Of a DNA stretch of 58,008 nucleotides, positions 39,689-49,167 are shown piece by piece. Position 1 is the stretch's first letter; each line of letters starts with the position of its first letter. The stretch is from an uncultured Microbacterium sp. (GTDB lineage: Bacteria > Actinomycetota > Actinomycetes > Actinomycetales > Microbacteriaceae), in the NCBI RefSeq assembly GCF_913776565.1, contig NZ_CAJYPF010000191.1, positions 1 to 58,008 on the forward strand, read 5' to 3'. The notes below the pieces were generated by a model that made no database searches, was not told where the DNA came from, and was given only the letters and a program-made list of their open reading frames with translations. A program made the translations under genes and the position numbers.

Positions 39689-40618
39689 GTGAAGACAGCC
39701 ACGCGTCCCGCCTACCGCCCGTACGTCGCCGTGGTGAAGGAGGCACGTCGCCTGTCTCCGCATTTCGCCCGCGTGACCTTCACGAGCCCGGACTTCGAGG
39801 TGTTCGGTACCGATCGCCGTGACCAGCGCGTGAAGCTCGTCCTCCCCGGGGCCGACGGCCGCCTGTGCGACATCGGCCAGCACGACCCCGACGCGATCGA
39901 CAACGGCGAGTGGTACACGCGGTGGCGCGACCTGCCGGACGACGAGCGCCTGCCGTTCCGCACCTACACCGTGCGTCGCATCGACCCCGACGCGCTCGAG
40001 CTCGACATCGACTTCGCGCTGCACCATGACGCCGGCCCCGCGGGCAGCTGGGCCGAGAGCGCCGCGCCGGGGGACGGCATCCTGATCGTGGGTCCGGACG
40101 CCCGCAGCCTCGAGTCCGCCCAGGGCATCGACTTCCACCCCGGTACGGCTCAGCGCCTGCTGCTGGCGGGCGACGAGACCGCGGCTCCCGCGATCGGAGC
40201 GATCCTCGAGGGGCTGGGCGCCGGATTCGTCGTCGACGCCTTCGTCGAGGTGCCGACGATCGACGATGCCCTGCCGCTGGCTCCCGGCGCCCTGCCGATC
40301 ACCTGGGTGCCCCGCGGGACGCGGCCGCACGGTGAGGCGCTGATCGAGGCCGTCGAGGCGTGGACCGCGGCATCCGGCGCCGTCCTCTCGCGCGCCGCGG
40401 CACCGCGGCCCCAGGAGCTCGAGGACATCGACCTCGACGTCGACCTCCTGTGGGACAGCCCCGACGACGGCGAGGGCGAGTTCTACGCGTGGATCGCGGG
40501 GGAGTCGCAGACGGTCAAGACCCTGCGGCGCCTGCTGGTGCAGGGCTGCGGAGTGGACCGCAAGCGCGTCGCCTTCATGGGGTACTGGCGCGAGGGGCAG
40601 GTCGAGCGCACGGCGTGA
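39689..40618 (+). CDS. Siderophore-interacting protein (ViuB/FAD-binding ferric-siderophore reductase)
   Basis: RTYTVR, DFALH..GPAGSWA, LLAGDETAAPAI, WIAGE, FMGYWR. Confidence 0.93.
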   Translation: MKTATRPAYRPYVAVVKEARRLSPHFARVTFTSPDFEVFGTDRRDQRVKLVLPGADGRLCDIGQHDPDAIDNGEWYTRWRDLPDDERLPFRTYTVRRIDPDALELDIDFALHHDAGPAGSWAESAAPGDGILIVGPDARSLESAQGIDFHPGTAQRLLLAGDETAAPAIGAILEGLGAGFVVDAFVEVPTIDDALPLAPGALPITWVPRGTRPHGEALIEAVEAWTAASGAVLSRAAAPRPQELEDIDLDVDLLWDSPDDGEGEFYAWIAGESQTVKTLRRLLVQGCGVDRKRVAFMGYWREGQVERTA

Positions 40619-40804
40619 CGACGGTCCGGGCGCAGGGGTGCGTCCGGCCCGGAACGTCGTCGAACGCCCCGCGCGGCCGAGCCGTGCGGGGCGTTCTCGC
40701 TCGGCTGCAGGCTCTCCCTCGTGCTGGAGTGCTCGATCGGGCACGATCAGCGGGCGGCGCGCGTCACGTCGACGCCAGTTGGGAGGGCGCTCGATCGCGC
40801 GTCA

Positions 40805-41629
40805 TCAGCCCGCGCTGATCGTCTCATCCACGACGGTGTGGTGGCGCCCGATCGGCACGATCATCGGGCGGCCGGTGAGCGGGTCGGGCACGACACGGCT
40901 GCGCAGGCCGAAGACCTCCCCGACCGTCTTCTCGGTGAGCACGTCGTCGGGCGTTCCCGCGGCGACGATGCGCCCCTGGGCCATCGCCACGAGATGGTCG
41001 GCGTAGCGCGCCGCGAGATTCAGGTCGTGCAGCACCATGGCCACCGTCGTGCCGCGGTCGCGGTTGAGGTCGGTGAGCAGATCGAGCACGTCGATCTGGT
41101 GGCTGATGTCGAGGAACGTCGTCGGCTCGTCCAGCAGCAGCACGTCGGTCTCCTGGGCCAGAGCCATCGCGATCCAGACGCGCTGACGCTGGCCGCCGCT
41201 GAGCTGATCGACGTGGCGATCGGCGAGGTGCGCGGTGTCGGTGGCGTCCAGCGCGCGCGCGACGGCATCGTCGTCGGTCCGCGTCCACCGCGAGAGGGCG
41301 CCCTGGTGGGGGTGCCGGCCACGGCTGACGAGGTCGGACACGGCGATGCCGTCGGGGGCGACCGGCGACTGGGGCAGCAGGCCGAGGACGCGCGCGACCT
41401 GCTTGGTCGGCATCCGGTGGATGGCCTTGCCGTCGAGCAGGACCTGGCCCGCCGTCGGCGGGAGCAGACGCGCCATGGCCTTCAGCAGCGTCGACTTGCC
41501 GCACGCGTTGGCCCCGACGATGGCCGTGACCCGGCCCGGGGGCAGCGAGAGATCGAGCGTGTCGACGATCGTGCGGTCACCGTAGGCGAGGGTGACGCCC
41601 TCGGCGCTCAGGGTGCGCTCGGAGGTCAT
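40805..41629 (-). CDS. Iron-siderophore ABC transporter ATPase (FepC/FecE-like)
   Basis: GANACGKST, GRHPH, LSGGQRQRVWIAMALAQ, LDEPTTFLD, HDLNLAARY. Confidence 0.95.
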   Translation of the reverse strand: MTSERTLSAEGVTLAYGDRTIVDTLDLSLPPGRVTAIVGANACGKSTLLKAMARLLPPTAGQVLLDGKAIHRMPTKQVARVLGLLPQSPVAPDGIAVSDLVSRGRHPHQGALSRWTRTDDDAVARALDATDTAHLADRHVDQLSGGQRQRVWIAMALAQETDVLLLDEPTTFLDISHQIDVLDLLTDLNRDRGTTVAMVLHDLNLAARYADHLVAMAQGRIVAAGTPDDVLTEKTVGEVFGLRSRVVPDPLTGRPMIVPIGRHHTVVDETISAG

Positions 41630-41681
41630 CGCGTGGTCCTTTCGGTACGAGCGGTCGGGTGGAGCGCGGTGTCGCGGGCGG

Positions 41682-42758
41682 TCATAGCGACGTTCCTTCG
41701 GATCGGCTGCTGCGGACGAGCAGGAAGATGAGGTAGGGCGCGCCGAGTACGCCGGTGATCACACCGACCGGAAGGCGCGTGCCGAACGCGTACTGCGCGG
41801 CGAAGTCGGCGACGAGGACGAGCAGCGCCCCCATCAGTCCCGCGGGCAGGACGGGCGAGCCGACGGGACCCAGCAGGCGGACGGCGATGGGCCCGGCGAG
41901 GAACGACACGAAGGCGATCGGCCCCGCCGCGGCGGTGCCGAACGCTAGCAGTCCGACGGCCGCCACGATCAGCAGCAGACGGCTGCGCTCGACGGGCAGG
42001 CCGATGGCGGCGGCGGTGTCGTCGCCCATGCGCAGGATCTCGAGGCGGCCCGACAGCGCGAGCAGCACCGGACCCAGCACGACCACCGCGAACAGCACGG
42101 GCAGGGCGCGGTCCCAGGTGGCGTCGTTGAGGTTGCCGGTGATCCAGCGCATCGCGGCGGGCAGGTCGTACTGCGCGGCGCGCGCGACGACGTAGGACAC
42201 CACCGCCTGGCACATCGCGGCGACCCCGATGCCCACGAGGATGAGACGCGCGCCCGAGCTGCCGTCGCGGTACGACAGCAGGTAGATCGCCAGGGCGGCG
42301 GCGAGGGCCGCGGCCATCGCCAGGAACGACACCGCGGTCTCGCCCCAGCCGAGGACGACGATGCCGATCACGGCGGCCGCACTCGCACCGGTGTTGATGC
42401 CGATCACGTCGGGGCTGGCGAGGGCGTTGCGCAGCATCGTCTGGAACACCACCCCGCCCATGCCGAAGCACAGGCCGGTGAGCAGGGCGGTCACCGCGCG
42501 GGGCAGGCGGAGCTCCCCGACGGTGAACGAGGCCCCCGCGACGCGCTGACCGGTGAGGACGCCCCACACCTCGGCGGGGGAGTAGAAGGTCTGTCCGAGC
42601 ATGAGGCTCAGCACGAGAGCCAGCGCCACCAGGGCCGCGAGCGTGCCGGTCACGGCGACCCAGCGGCGGCGGCGGCGGCGCCGGCCCGCGACGACGGACG
42701 CCAGGGTGTCGGGCGCGGCGGACGGCAGGAGGGCGGGTCGGGTCGGGGATGTGATCAC
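41682..42758 (-). CDS. FecCD-family iron-siderophore permease (FepG-like)
   Basis: LRLPR, RNALASPDVIG, GPIAFV, PVGVITG..GAPY; GTGA overlap with the upstream permease. Confidence 0.93.
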   Translation of the reverse strand: MITSPTRPALLPSAAPDTLASVVAGRRRRRRRWVAVTGTLAALVALALVLSLMLGQTFYSPAEVWGVLTGQRVAGASFTVGELRLPRAVTALLTGLCFGMGGVVFQTMLRNALASPDVIGINTGASAAAVIGIVVLGWGETAVSFLAMAAALAAALAIYLLSYRDGSSGARLILVGIGVAAMCQAVVSYVVARAAQYDLPAAMRWITGNLNDATWDRALPVLFAVVVLGPVLLALSGRLEILRMGDDTAAAIGLPVERSRLLLIVAAVGLLAFGTAAAGPIAFVSFLAGPIAVRLLGPVGSPVLPAGLMGALLVLVADFAAQYAFGTRLPVGVITGVLGAPYLIFLLVRSSRSEGTSL

Positions 42759-43801
42759 AGCGCACGCATCCTCTGTCGGCGCACGAGCGCGATGAAGAAG
42801 GGGGCCCCGATGAGGGCGGTGACGATGCCGACCTCGATCTCCTCGGGGCGGGCGATCACGCGTCCGACGACGTCGGCGAGGGTGAGCAGGACCGCTCCGC
42901 CCAGGGCCGAGACGGGCAGCAGCCAGCGATGGTCGACGCCGACGATCAGGCGCAGCATGTGCGGGACGACGAGCCCGACGAAGCCGATGGGCCCCGCGAC
43001 GGCGGTCGCGGCGCCGCACAGGACGACGGCGCCGGCCGTGGCGATCAGCCGCGCCGTGCGCACGCGGGCGCCGAGGCCCGCCGCGAGCTCGTCGCCGAGC
43101 GCGAGGGTGTTCAGGGCGGGGGCGCTGGCGAGGCAGACGACCAGGCCGACGATCAGGAAGGGCAGCACCTGTCCGACGGTCTCGGGGGTGGCGCCGCCCA
43201 CGCCGCCGATCTGCCAGAAGCGGAAGACGTTCATGACGTCGGTGCGGGGCAGCAGGATGGCGCTGGTGAGAGAACTGAACGCCACCGCGGTGACCGCCCC
43301 GGCCAGAGCGAGGCGGAGAGGGGTCGCTCCGCCCCGACCCAGCGAACCGATCGCGTAGACGAGGACGGCCGCCGCGCCGGCGCCGGCCATGCCGACCCAG
43401 ATGTAGGTGGAGGGCGAGCCGAGGCCGAAGAACGCGATGCCGGTGACGATCGCCAGTCCCGCGCCCCCGTTGATCCCGAGGATCTGCGGATCGGCGAGCG
43501 GATTGCGCGTCGCCCCCTGCAGCACGGCGCCGGAGACGGCGAGAGCGGCTCCGACGAGGATCGCGAGGACCGTGCGCGGGATGCGCTTGGCGACGGCGGC
43601 GGCAGAGGCGGAGTCCGTGGAGCCGGTGAGGCCCGCCCAGACATCGGCGGCCGTGACGTCGCGCGCGCCGAAGGTGACCGACAGCACCGCTGCGACGACG
43701 AGCAGCGCGACGAGGATCGTCACGCCGACGACGCGCCGCCGTCCCCAGCGGCGCACGCGGGCGTCGCCGGGGACGGTGGATGCCGGAGCGAGAGCGGTCA
43801 T
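42755..43801 (-). CDS. FecCD-family iron-siderophore permease (FepD-like)
   Basis: RIPRT, TRNPLADP..LGIN.GA, GPIGFVGLVVPH, GAPFFI. Confidence 0.94.
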   Translation of the reverse strand: MTALAPASTVPGDARVRRWGRRRVVGVTILVALLVVAAVLSVTFGARDVTAADVWAGLTGSTDSASAAAVAKRIPRTVLAILVGAALAVSGAVLQGATRNPLADPQILGINGGAGLAIVTGIAFFGLGSPSTYIWVGMAGAGAAAVLVYAIGSLGRGGATPLRLALAGAVTAVAFSSLTSAILLPRTDVMNVFRFWQIGGVGGATPETVGQVLPFLIVGLVVCLASAPALNTLALGDELAAGLGARVRTARLIATAGAVVLCGAATAVAGPIGFVGLVVPHMLRLIVGVDHRWLLPVSALGGAVLLTLADVVGRVIARPEEIEVGIVTALIGAPFFIALVRRQRMRAL

Positions 43802-43826
43802 CGCGCCGACGCGTCGAGGGCGTTCA

Positions 43827-44858
43827 TCAGGACGCGGCCTTCTCGGCGGCTGCTCCCACCAGGGCGATGTACTCGTCGCCCCAGGTCGTGCCGATCGACA
43901 GCGGGCTGGGGTTGCCGGCAGCGGCCATCGTGGTGTTGTCGGGCAGGAATGCCACCGCGCCGTTCGCGATCGCCGGGATGCGGGACCACAGCGGGTCGGC
44001 CTGCAGCTGCGCCAGGGTGGAGTCGGTGCCGTAGCCGGTGAGGACCTGCACGTCCGAGAAGTTCTCGATGTTCTCGGTGCTCTCGGTGAACCAGAACGTG
44101 TCGCCCGAGGCGCTCGAGGTCTCGACCGCCGACGAGGGCGTGAGACCCAGCTCGTTCAGGTAGGTCGCGCGGGGGTCCTTGGTGGAGTAGTAACCGACGG
44201 TGCTGAGGTCGGTCGGGTCGATGTAGGTGAAGAGCGACTTCTTGCCGGCGAGGGCGGTGTACTGCGCGGCGGTGTCGGTGACGTGCTTCTCGAGGTCGGC
44301 GATCAGGGCCTCGGCCTGTTCTTCGAGACCGAGGGCCTTGGCATCCGTCAGCGTCATCTGCTGCCACGTGGTGCCCCAGGCGATCTCGGGGTAGGCCACG
44401 ACGGGCGCGATCTTGCTGAGGGTGTCGTACTGCTCCTGCGTCATGCCCGAGTAGGCGCCGAGGATGACGTCGGGCTTCGCGTCGGCGATGGCCTCGTAGT
44501 CGAAGCCGTTGGTCTCGTCCATCAGCACGGGGGTCTCGGCGCCGAGCTCGTCGAGCTTGTCCTTGACCCAGGGCAGCATGCCGTCGCCGTCCTCGTCGCC
44601 CCAGGTGACCTTGGGCATCGCGACGGGGACGACGCCGAGGGCGAGAGCGGCCTCCTGGTTGCCCCAGCTGACGGTGACGACGCGCTTCGGCGCGGCGGGG
44701 ATGGTGGTCTCGCCCAGGGCGTGCTCGATCGTGACCGGGAAACCGGCGTCGCCGGACGCGGCCTCCTGGTCGCCGGGGGCGGCCGAGGTGCCGGCGCAGC
44801 CGGTCAGGACGAGGGCGGAGCCGACGGCGAGGGCCGTCAGAGCGCGGTATCGGGACAC
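43827..44858 (-). CDS. Iron-siderophore ABC substrate-binding lipoprotein
   Basis: Lipobox LTG-C, FPVTIEHALGETTI, PKRVV, KPDVIL, LSKIAPVV; AGGAGG RBS. Confidence 0.93.
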   Translation of the reverse strand: MSRYRALTALAVGSALVLTGCAGTSAAPGDQEAASGDAGFPVTIEHALGETTIPAAPKRVVTVSWGNQEAALALGVVPVAMPKVTWGDEDGDGMLPWVKDKLDELGAETPVLMDETNGFDYEAIADAKPDVILGAYSGMTQEQYDTLSKIAPVVAYPEIAWGTTWQQMTLTDAKALGLEEQAEALIADLEKHVTDTAAQYTALAGKKSLFTYIDPTDLSTVGYYSTKDPRATYLNELGLTPSSAVETSSASGDTFWFTESTENIENFSDVQVLTGYGTDSTLAQLQADPLWSRIPAIANGAVAFLPDNTTMAAAGNPSPLSIGTTWGDEYIALVGAAAEKAAS

Positions 44859-44875
44859 GAAGAGCCTCCTGCGTG

Positions 44876-44894
44876 TTAGGTAAGGATAGGCTTA
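44876..44894 (-). promoter_or_regulatory. IdeR/DtxR iron box upstream of the ABC operon
   Basis: TTAGGTAAGGATAGGCTTA, 14/19 to consensus; shares TAGGTAAGGATA with the 39666 box; next to minus-strand -10 TAAACT (44894-44899). Confidence 0.8.
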
Positions 44895-45151
44895 GTTTAG
44901 GTGGGTCGACGGGTGAGAACGCAAACCCGGACGCCTCGAGCCCGCCGGTTCGTCTCGACGCCGAGACACCCGGAGGTCGGGTCGTTCGTGGTGTTCGCCC
45001 GCGGCATCCCGGTGTCGGATCGGATCGGTCGGTGTCGTCGGCGTGAGGGGACCGCCGCGGGCTGTCGGCGGGCTCGCAGGGGTGCGGCTTATACTGGGTG
45101 GCTGGCCAGTCTTCGGCCTCCCACCCTTCCCCGACTGAACGGACGTTCGCT

Positions 45152-46750
45152 GTGCTCGCCGTGCACGACCTCGAGATCCGCGTGGGTGCCCGCGTGCTCA
45201 TGTCCGACGTGGCATTCCGCGTCTCCGACGGCGACAAGATCGGTCTCGTCGGGCGCAACGGCGCCGGCAAGACCACTCTCACCAAGGTGCTCGCCGGTGA
45301 TCTGCTGCCCTCGAACGGCGGGGTCGACCGTTCCGGCGAACTGGGCTATCTGCCCCAGGACCCGCGTTCCGGCGACCCCGAGATGCTCGCGCGCACACGC
45401 ATCCTCGACGCCCGCGGTCTGGGCTCCCTCGCCCTCGGCATGCACGAGGCGTCGATGGCGATGGGCGACGACGACGCCGCGGTCGCGGCCAAGGCCATGA
45501 AGAAGTACGCCCGCCTCACCGAGCAGTTCGAAGCGGCGGGTGGTTATGCGGCCGAGGCCGAGGCGGCATCCATCGCCCACAACCTCTCGCTGCCCGATCG
45601 CATCCTCGATCAGCCCCTCAAGACCCTCTCCGGTGGTCAGCGTCGCCGCATCGAACTCGCGCGCATCCTCTTCTCGGACGCGCAGACGATGATCCTCGAC
45701 GAGCCGACCAACCACCTCGATGCCGACAGCGTGGTGTGGCTGCGCGAGTTCCTGAAGGGGTACAAGGGCGGCCTCATCGTGATCTCGCACGACGTCGAGC
45801 TCGTCGGTGAGACGGTGAACCGGGTCTTCTACCTGGATGCCAATCGCCAGGTCATCGACGTCTACAACATGAACTGGAAGAACTACCTGCGCCAGCGGGT
45901 GGCCGACGAGGAGCGTCGCAAGAAGGAGCGCGCCAACGTCGAGAAGAAAGCCACGGCGCTGCAGCTGCAGGCCGCGCGCTTCGGCGCCAAGGCGTCGAAG
46001 GCCGCCGCCGCGCACCAGATGGTCGCGCGCGCCGAGAAGATGCTGTCGGGCCTCGACGACGTGCGTCAGGACGAGCGCGTCGCCAAGCTCCGGTTCCCGA
46101 AGCCCGCGCCGTGCGGCAAAACGCCGCTCATGGCATCCGGTCTGTCGAAGTCGTACGGGTCGCTCGAGATCTTTACCGACGTCGACCTGGCGATCGACCG
46201 CGGGTCGCGCGTCGTCATCCTGGGCCTCAACGGTGCCGGCAAGACGACGCTGCTGCGCATCCTCGCGGGCGTCGACCAGCCCGACACCGGTCAGCTCGAG
46301 CCCGGTCACGGCCTCAAGATCGGCTACTACGCGCAGGAGCACGAGAACCTCGACGTGAACCGGTCGGTCCTCGAGAACATGATGTCGTCGGCGCCGCACA
46401 TCACGGCCACCGAGGCGCGCAAGGTGCTCGGTTCGTTCCTGTTCGTCGGCGACGACGTGCTCAAGCCCGCCGGGGTGCTCTCGGGTGGCGAGAAGACGCG
46501 TCTGTCGCTCGCGACTCTGGTGGTGTCGTCGGCGAACATGCTGCTGCTCGACGAGCCGACGAACAACCTCGACCCCGCCTCGCGCGAGGAGATCCTCGGC
46601 GCCCTCGCGCACTACGAGGGCGCCGTGGTGCTGGTGTCGCACGACGAGGGCGCCGTCGAGGCGCTCAACCCCGAGCGCGTGCTGATCCTCCCCGACGGTG
46701 TCGAGGACATCTGGGGCCGCGACTACGCCGACCTGATCACCCTGGCCTGA
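45152..46750 (+). CDS. ABC-F family ATP-binding protein
   Basis: Two ABC domains (GRNGAGKTT, LSGGQRRR, DEPTNHLD; GLNGAGKTT, LSGGEK, DEPTNNLD), no TMs; TATACT at 45090-45095. Confidence 0.94.
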   Translation: MLAVHDLEIRVGARVLMSDVAFRVSDGDKIGLVGRNGAGKTTLTKVLAGDLLPSNGGVDRSGELGYLPQDPRSGDPEMLARTRILDARGLGSLALGMHEASMAMGDDDAAVAAKAMKKYARLTEQFEAAGGYAAEAEAASIAHNLSLPDRILDQPLKTLSGGQRRRIELARILFSDAQTMILDEPTNHLDADSVVWLREFLKGYKGGLIVISHDVELVGETVNRVFYLDANRQVIDVYNMNWKNYLRQRVADEERRKKERANVEKKATALQLQAARFGAKASKAAAAHQMVARAEKMLSGLDDVRQDERVAKLRFPKPAPCGKTPLMASGLSKSYGSLEIFTDVDLAIDRGSRVVILGLNGAGKTTLLRILAGVDQPDTGQLEPGHGLKIGYYAQEHENLDVNRSVLENMMSSAPHITATEARKVLGSFLFVGDDVLKPAGVLSGGEKTRLSLATLVVSSANMLLLDEPTNNLDPASREEILGALAHYEGAVVLVSHDEGAVEALNPERVLILPDGVEDIWGRDYADLITLA

Positions 46751-46843
46751 TCACGCCGGCCTGATCGCCCCGGGCTGGTCACGCCGGCCCTGTCCTGCCG
46801 ACCTGATCGCGTCGGCCTCATCACTCCGACCTGGTCACGCCGG
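46732..46843. repeat. Minisatellite, 8 x 14-nt units (consensus CCTGATCACGCCGG)
   Basis: Units at 46732, 46746, 46760, 46774, 46788, 46802, 46816, 46830, spanning the ABC-F stop. Confidence 0.85.
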
Positions 46844-46953
46844 CGTGTTCGCGCGGGGTCGCGGGCGAGGGTGGGCTGCGTCTCGACGCTCCCGTGTCGC
46901 CGATCGTTCGCGTCGCCCCGTGCCCGACGCGGGGTCCGTGGCATCCTCATCGG

Positions 46954-47856
46954 ATGATGGATCGTCGAGACCGCCCCGCGCTGACGGAGGTGGAGCGCGC
47001 GGAACTGGCGTCGCTGCAGGCGCGGGTCTACGGCGCCGGGGGGTTGCCCGTCGACGACGTGACGGTGCGCCGGCTGCGGACGCTCGAGGATCGGGCCTCG
47101 GGGCGCGTCGTCCCCGCCCCCGAACGGGAGGTCGGCCGCCGCGCGTCCGATGAGCGGTTCGGACCGGATGCCGGGGCACCTGCGCCGACGCCGGCGTCCG
47201 ATGTGCAGCGGGAATCGCGCGGGGCACCTGCGCCGACGTCCGCGTCCGGTGAGCAGCGGGAATCGCGGTCGGCACCGGATGCCGGGCCACCTGCGCCGAC
47301 GCCCGCGTCCGGTGAGCAGCCGGAATCGCGGTCGGCACCGGATGCCGCCTCGCCCCTGCCGACGCCCGCGTCCCGACGGCGACGTCTCCGCCCCGGGCTG
47401 GTCGGGGCGGCCGCGGTGATCGTCGCCGGGGCGTTCGTCGCGGGTCTCGCCGTGGGCCGCGCCACGGACGCGGGCAGTGGCGGCGAGCCGCTGCCGGAAG
47501 AAGGATTCGCGCAGACCGAGGAGGACCTGTCGTCGTCCATCCTGTCGGACGGGCGCACGTGGATCGGTCTGGAGGCGGCATCCGTCCGCTTCATCGCGAC
47601 CATCGACGACGCCTCGGTGTACCTCGGACGCCGCGAGGAGGGCGAGCTCTGCCTGGCCGTGGTCTACGGTTCGGAACGCGGCAGCGGCGTCGCGAGCGTC
47701 GACTGCGGCGATCGGGACGCCACGGCGCAGATCGACGGTGACCGGTGGGTGTCGATCGGCCGGGCCGACCCGGCCAAGATGAACAACTGGAGTCCCTCGC
47801 GGCTCGAGCAGTCGCAGCTGTCGCCGAGCGTGACGCTGCACGTGCTCGCGAGGTGA
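46954..47856 (+). CDS. Hypothetical single-pass membrane protein with 21-aa tandem repeats
   Basis: N-terminal ELASLQARVYG, Pro/Ala repeats, RRRRLR + TM helix, extracellular domain with two Cys; CATCCT 6 nt before ATG. Confidence 0.7.
   Translation: MMDRRDRPALTEVERAELASLQARVYGAGGLPVDDVTVRRLRTLEDRASGRVVPAPEREVGRRASDERFGPDAGAPAPTPASDVQRESRGAPAPTSASGEQRESRSAPDAGPPAPTPASGEQPESRSAPDAASPLPTPASRRRRLRPGLVGAAAVIVAGAFVAGLAVGRATDAGSGGEPLPEEGFAQTEEDLSSSILSDGRTWIGLEAASVRFIATIDDASVYLGRREEGELCLAVVYGSERGSGVASVDCGDRDATAQIDGDRWVSIGRADPAKMNNWSPSRLEQSQLSPSVTLHVLAR
47164..47373 (+). repeat. In-frame 63-bp tandem repeat (about 3.5 degenerate copies)
   Basis: CCGGATGCCGGG.CACCTGCGCCGACG.C.GCGTCCG.TG.GCAGC.GGAATCGCGGTCGGCA, encoding PDAGPPAPTPASGEQPESRSA. 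Confidence 0.8.
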
Positions 47857-47951
47857 ACGCGCAGCCGAGACCCGGCCGCCCACGTGGGGCACCCGCATCG
47901 CCGCCCCGCGCGGGAACGAGATCCCGACCCCGGCGTCTCTCACAGCCCCGG

Positions 47952-48911
47952 TCAGTGCGCGTCGAGCAGTGCGTCCTCATCGTCGGCGTCGCGATCGCGG
48001 GGGCGCTTGCGGGTGCGGTGCAGGGCGACCGGATCGACGCGACGCCGGCCGGTGTCCACCGTCTCCGCGGGGGCCGGAACCGGAACGATGTCGAGGTCGT
48101 CGTCGTCTTCCGCGTCCTCGCGGCGGAGCTTGCGCTCGTTGACGATCACGTACCCGATGAAGCCGAAGCCCATCACGGCGAACAGGATCCACTGCACCGC
48201 GTACGACAGGTAGGGACCCGGATCGTCGCTGGGCGGGTCGACGGTGAAGGGCGCGGATGCCGGCGCCGGCGTCTCGGACATGATCAGCCCGTACGCGCCG
48301 GGCTCGATCGGACCCGTCTGCTCGGCGACCAGGCCCAGGTTGATGGTCGGCACCTGCCCGGGCTCGGCGCTGCGACCCGACGAGGGGGCCGCCTCGCCCG
48401 GGCGCAGACGCACCTCGACGACGACGTCGCCGGAGGGGGGAGCGGGGATGTCGTCGGGAGCGGCCTGCTGATTGCCCGGCGGGAGCCATCCGCGATCGAC
48501 GAGGAGGACCCTGCCGTCGTCGAGCCGGAACGGCACGAGCTGCTCGTAGGCAGCGGTCCCCCCGTGCGCACGGTTGCGGACGAGCAGTTGCTCGTCGGCC
48601 AGGTAGCTGCCTTCCATGCGCACGGGGCGCCACTCGTCCTGGGGGGCGAGCTCGGCGCCCGGGGCGAGCAGGTCGCCCAGGGCCACGGGGGCCGCGTCGT
48701 AGTTGTCGGCGACGAGCTGCAGCTGCTCGCTGCGTTCGGCGTTGCGTGAGAACTGCCAGTGCGACAGGAACCCGCACGCGATGGCGAACAGGATCGCGAC
48801 GCCGACGTAGATCGCCCAGCGGCCTGCGGTGGGCATCTCGCGACGGGGTGCGGAGCGGACAGGGGCGGCGGGCCGCGCATCGCGCACGTTCACGTCGTCT
48901 TCCCGGGCCAC
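47952..48911 (-). CDS. SURF1-family protein
   Basis: LSHWQFSR, EWRPV, LLVDRGWLP, YLSYAVQWILF; TACCCT 7 nt before GTG. Confidence 0.9.
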   Translation of the reverse strand: MAREDDVNVRDARPAAPVRSAPRREMPTAGRWAIYVGVAILFAIACGFLSHWQFSRNAERSEQLQLVADNYDAAPVALGDLLAPGAELAPQDEWRPVRMEGSYLADEQLLVRNRAHGGTAAYEQLVPFRLDDGRVLLVDRGWLPPGNQQAAPDDIPAPPSGDVVVEVRLRPGEAAPSSGRSAEPGQVPTINLGLVAEQTGPIEPGAYGLIMSETPAPASAPFTVDPPSDDPGPYLSYAVQWILFAVMGFGFIGYVIVNERKLRREDAEDDDDLDIVPVPAPAETVDTGRRRVDPVALHRTRKRPRDRDADDEDALLDAH

Positions 48912-48957
48912 GCTCTCAAGGGTACGTCGCTCCCGGCGGGTGTCCCACCCGTCGCTC

Positions 48958-49167
48958 TCACGCGCGCCCGCCCGTCAGAGCTCCGACCTCGACGGGGAAG
49001 TCCCGCGCGCGCAGGAACTCCCGTAGATACCCCACGTGCTCGTCGCAGGCGACCCAGACCTTGCGGCGATCGGCGGCGTGGATGCGCGGGTTGCGCCAGG
49101 TGATCCTCCAGACGGCGGCATCACGGCATCCGGCCCGCGAACAGTCGGCGGGGGTGTCGTCGGTCAC
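48958..49167 (-). CDS. Small conserved actinobacterial Cys/His protein
   Basis: 69 aa, CSRAGC..W..WRNPRIH..RRKVWVACDEH..YL..FL.AR.F; GTGA overlap with the DUF3099 gene. Confidence 0.8.
   Translation of the reverse strand: MTDDTPADCSRAGCRDAAVWRITWRNPRIHAADRRKVWVACDEHVGYLREFLRARDFPVEVGALTGGRA

Noticed and set aside
45152-46750. Calling the ABC-F an antibiotic-resistance (ARE) protein
   Set aside because: It looks like the conserved housekeeping actinobacterial ABC-F near suf/SURF1, and I saw no attenuator leader peptide
46732-46843. Possible CRISPR array
   Set aside because: Units are 14 nt, contiguous and degenerate, with no unique spacers and no cas genes
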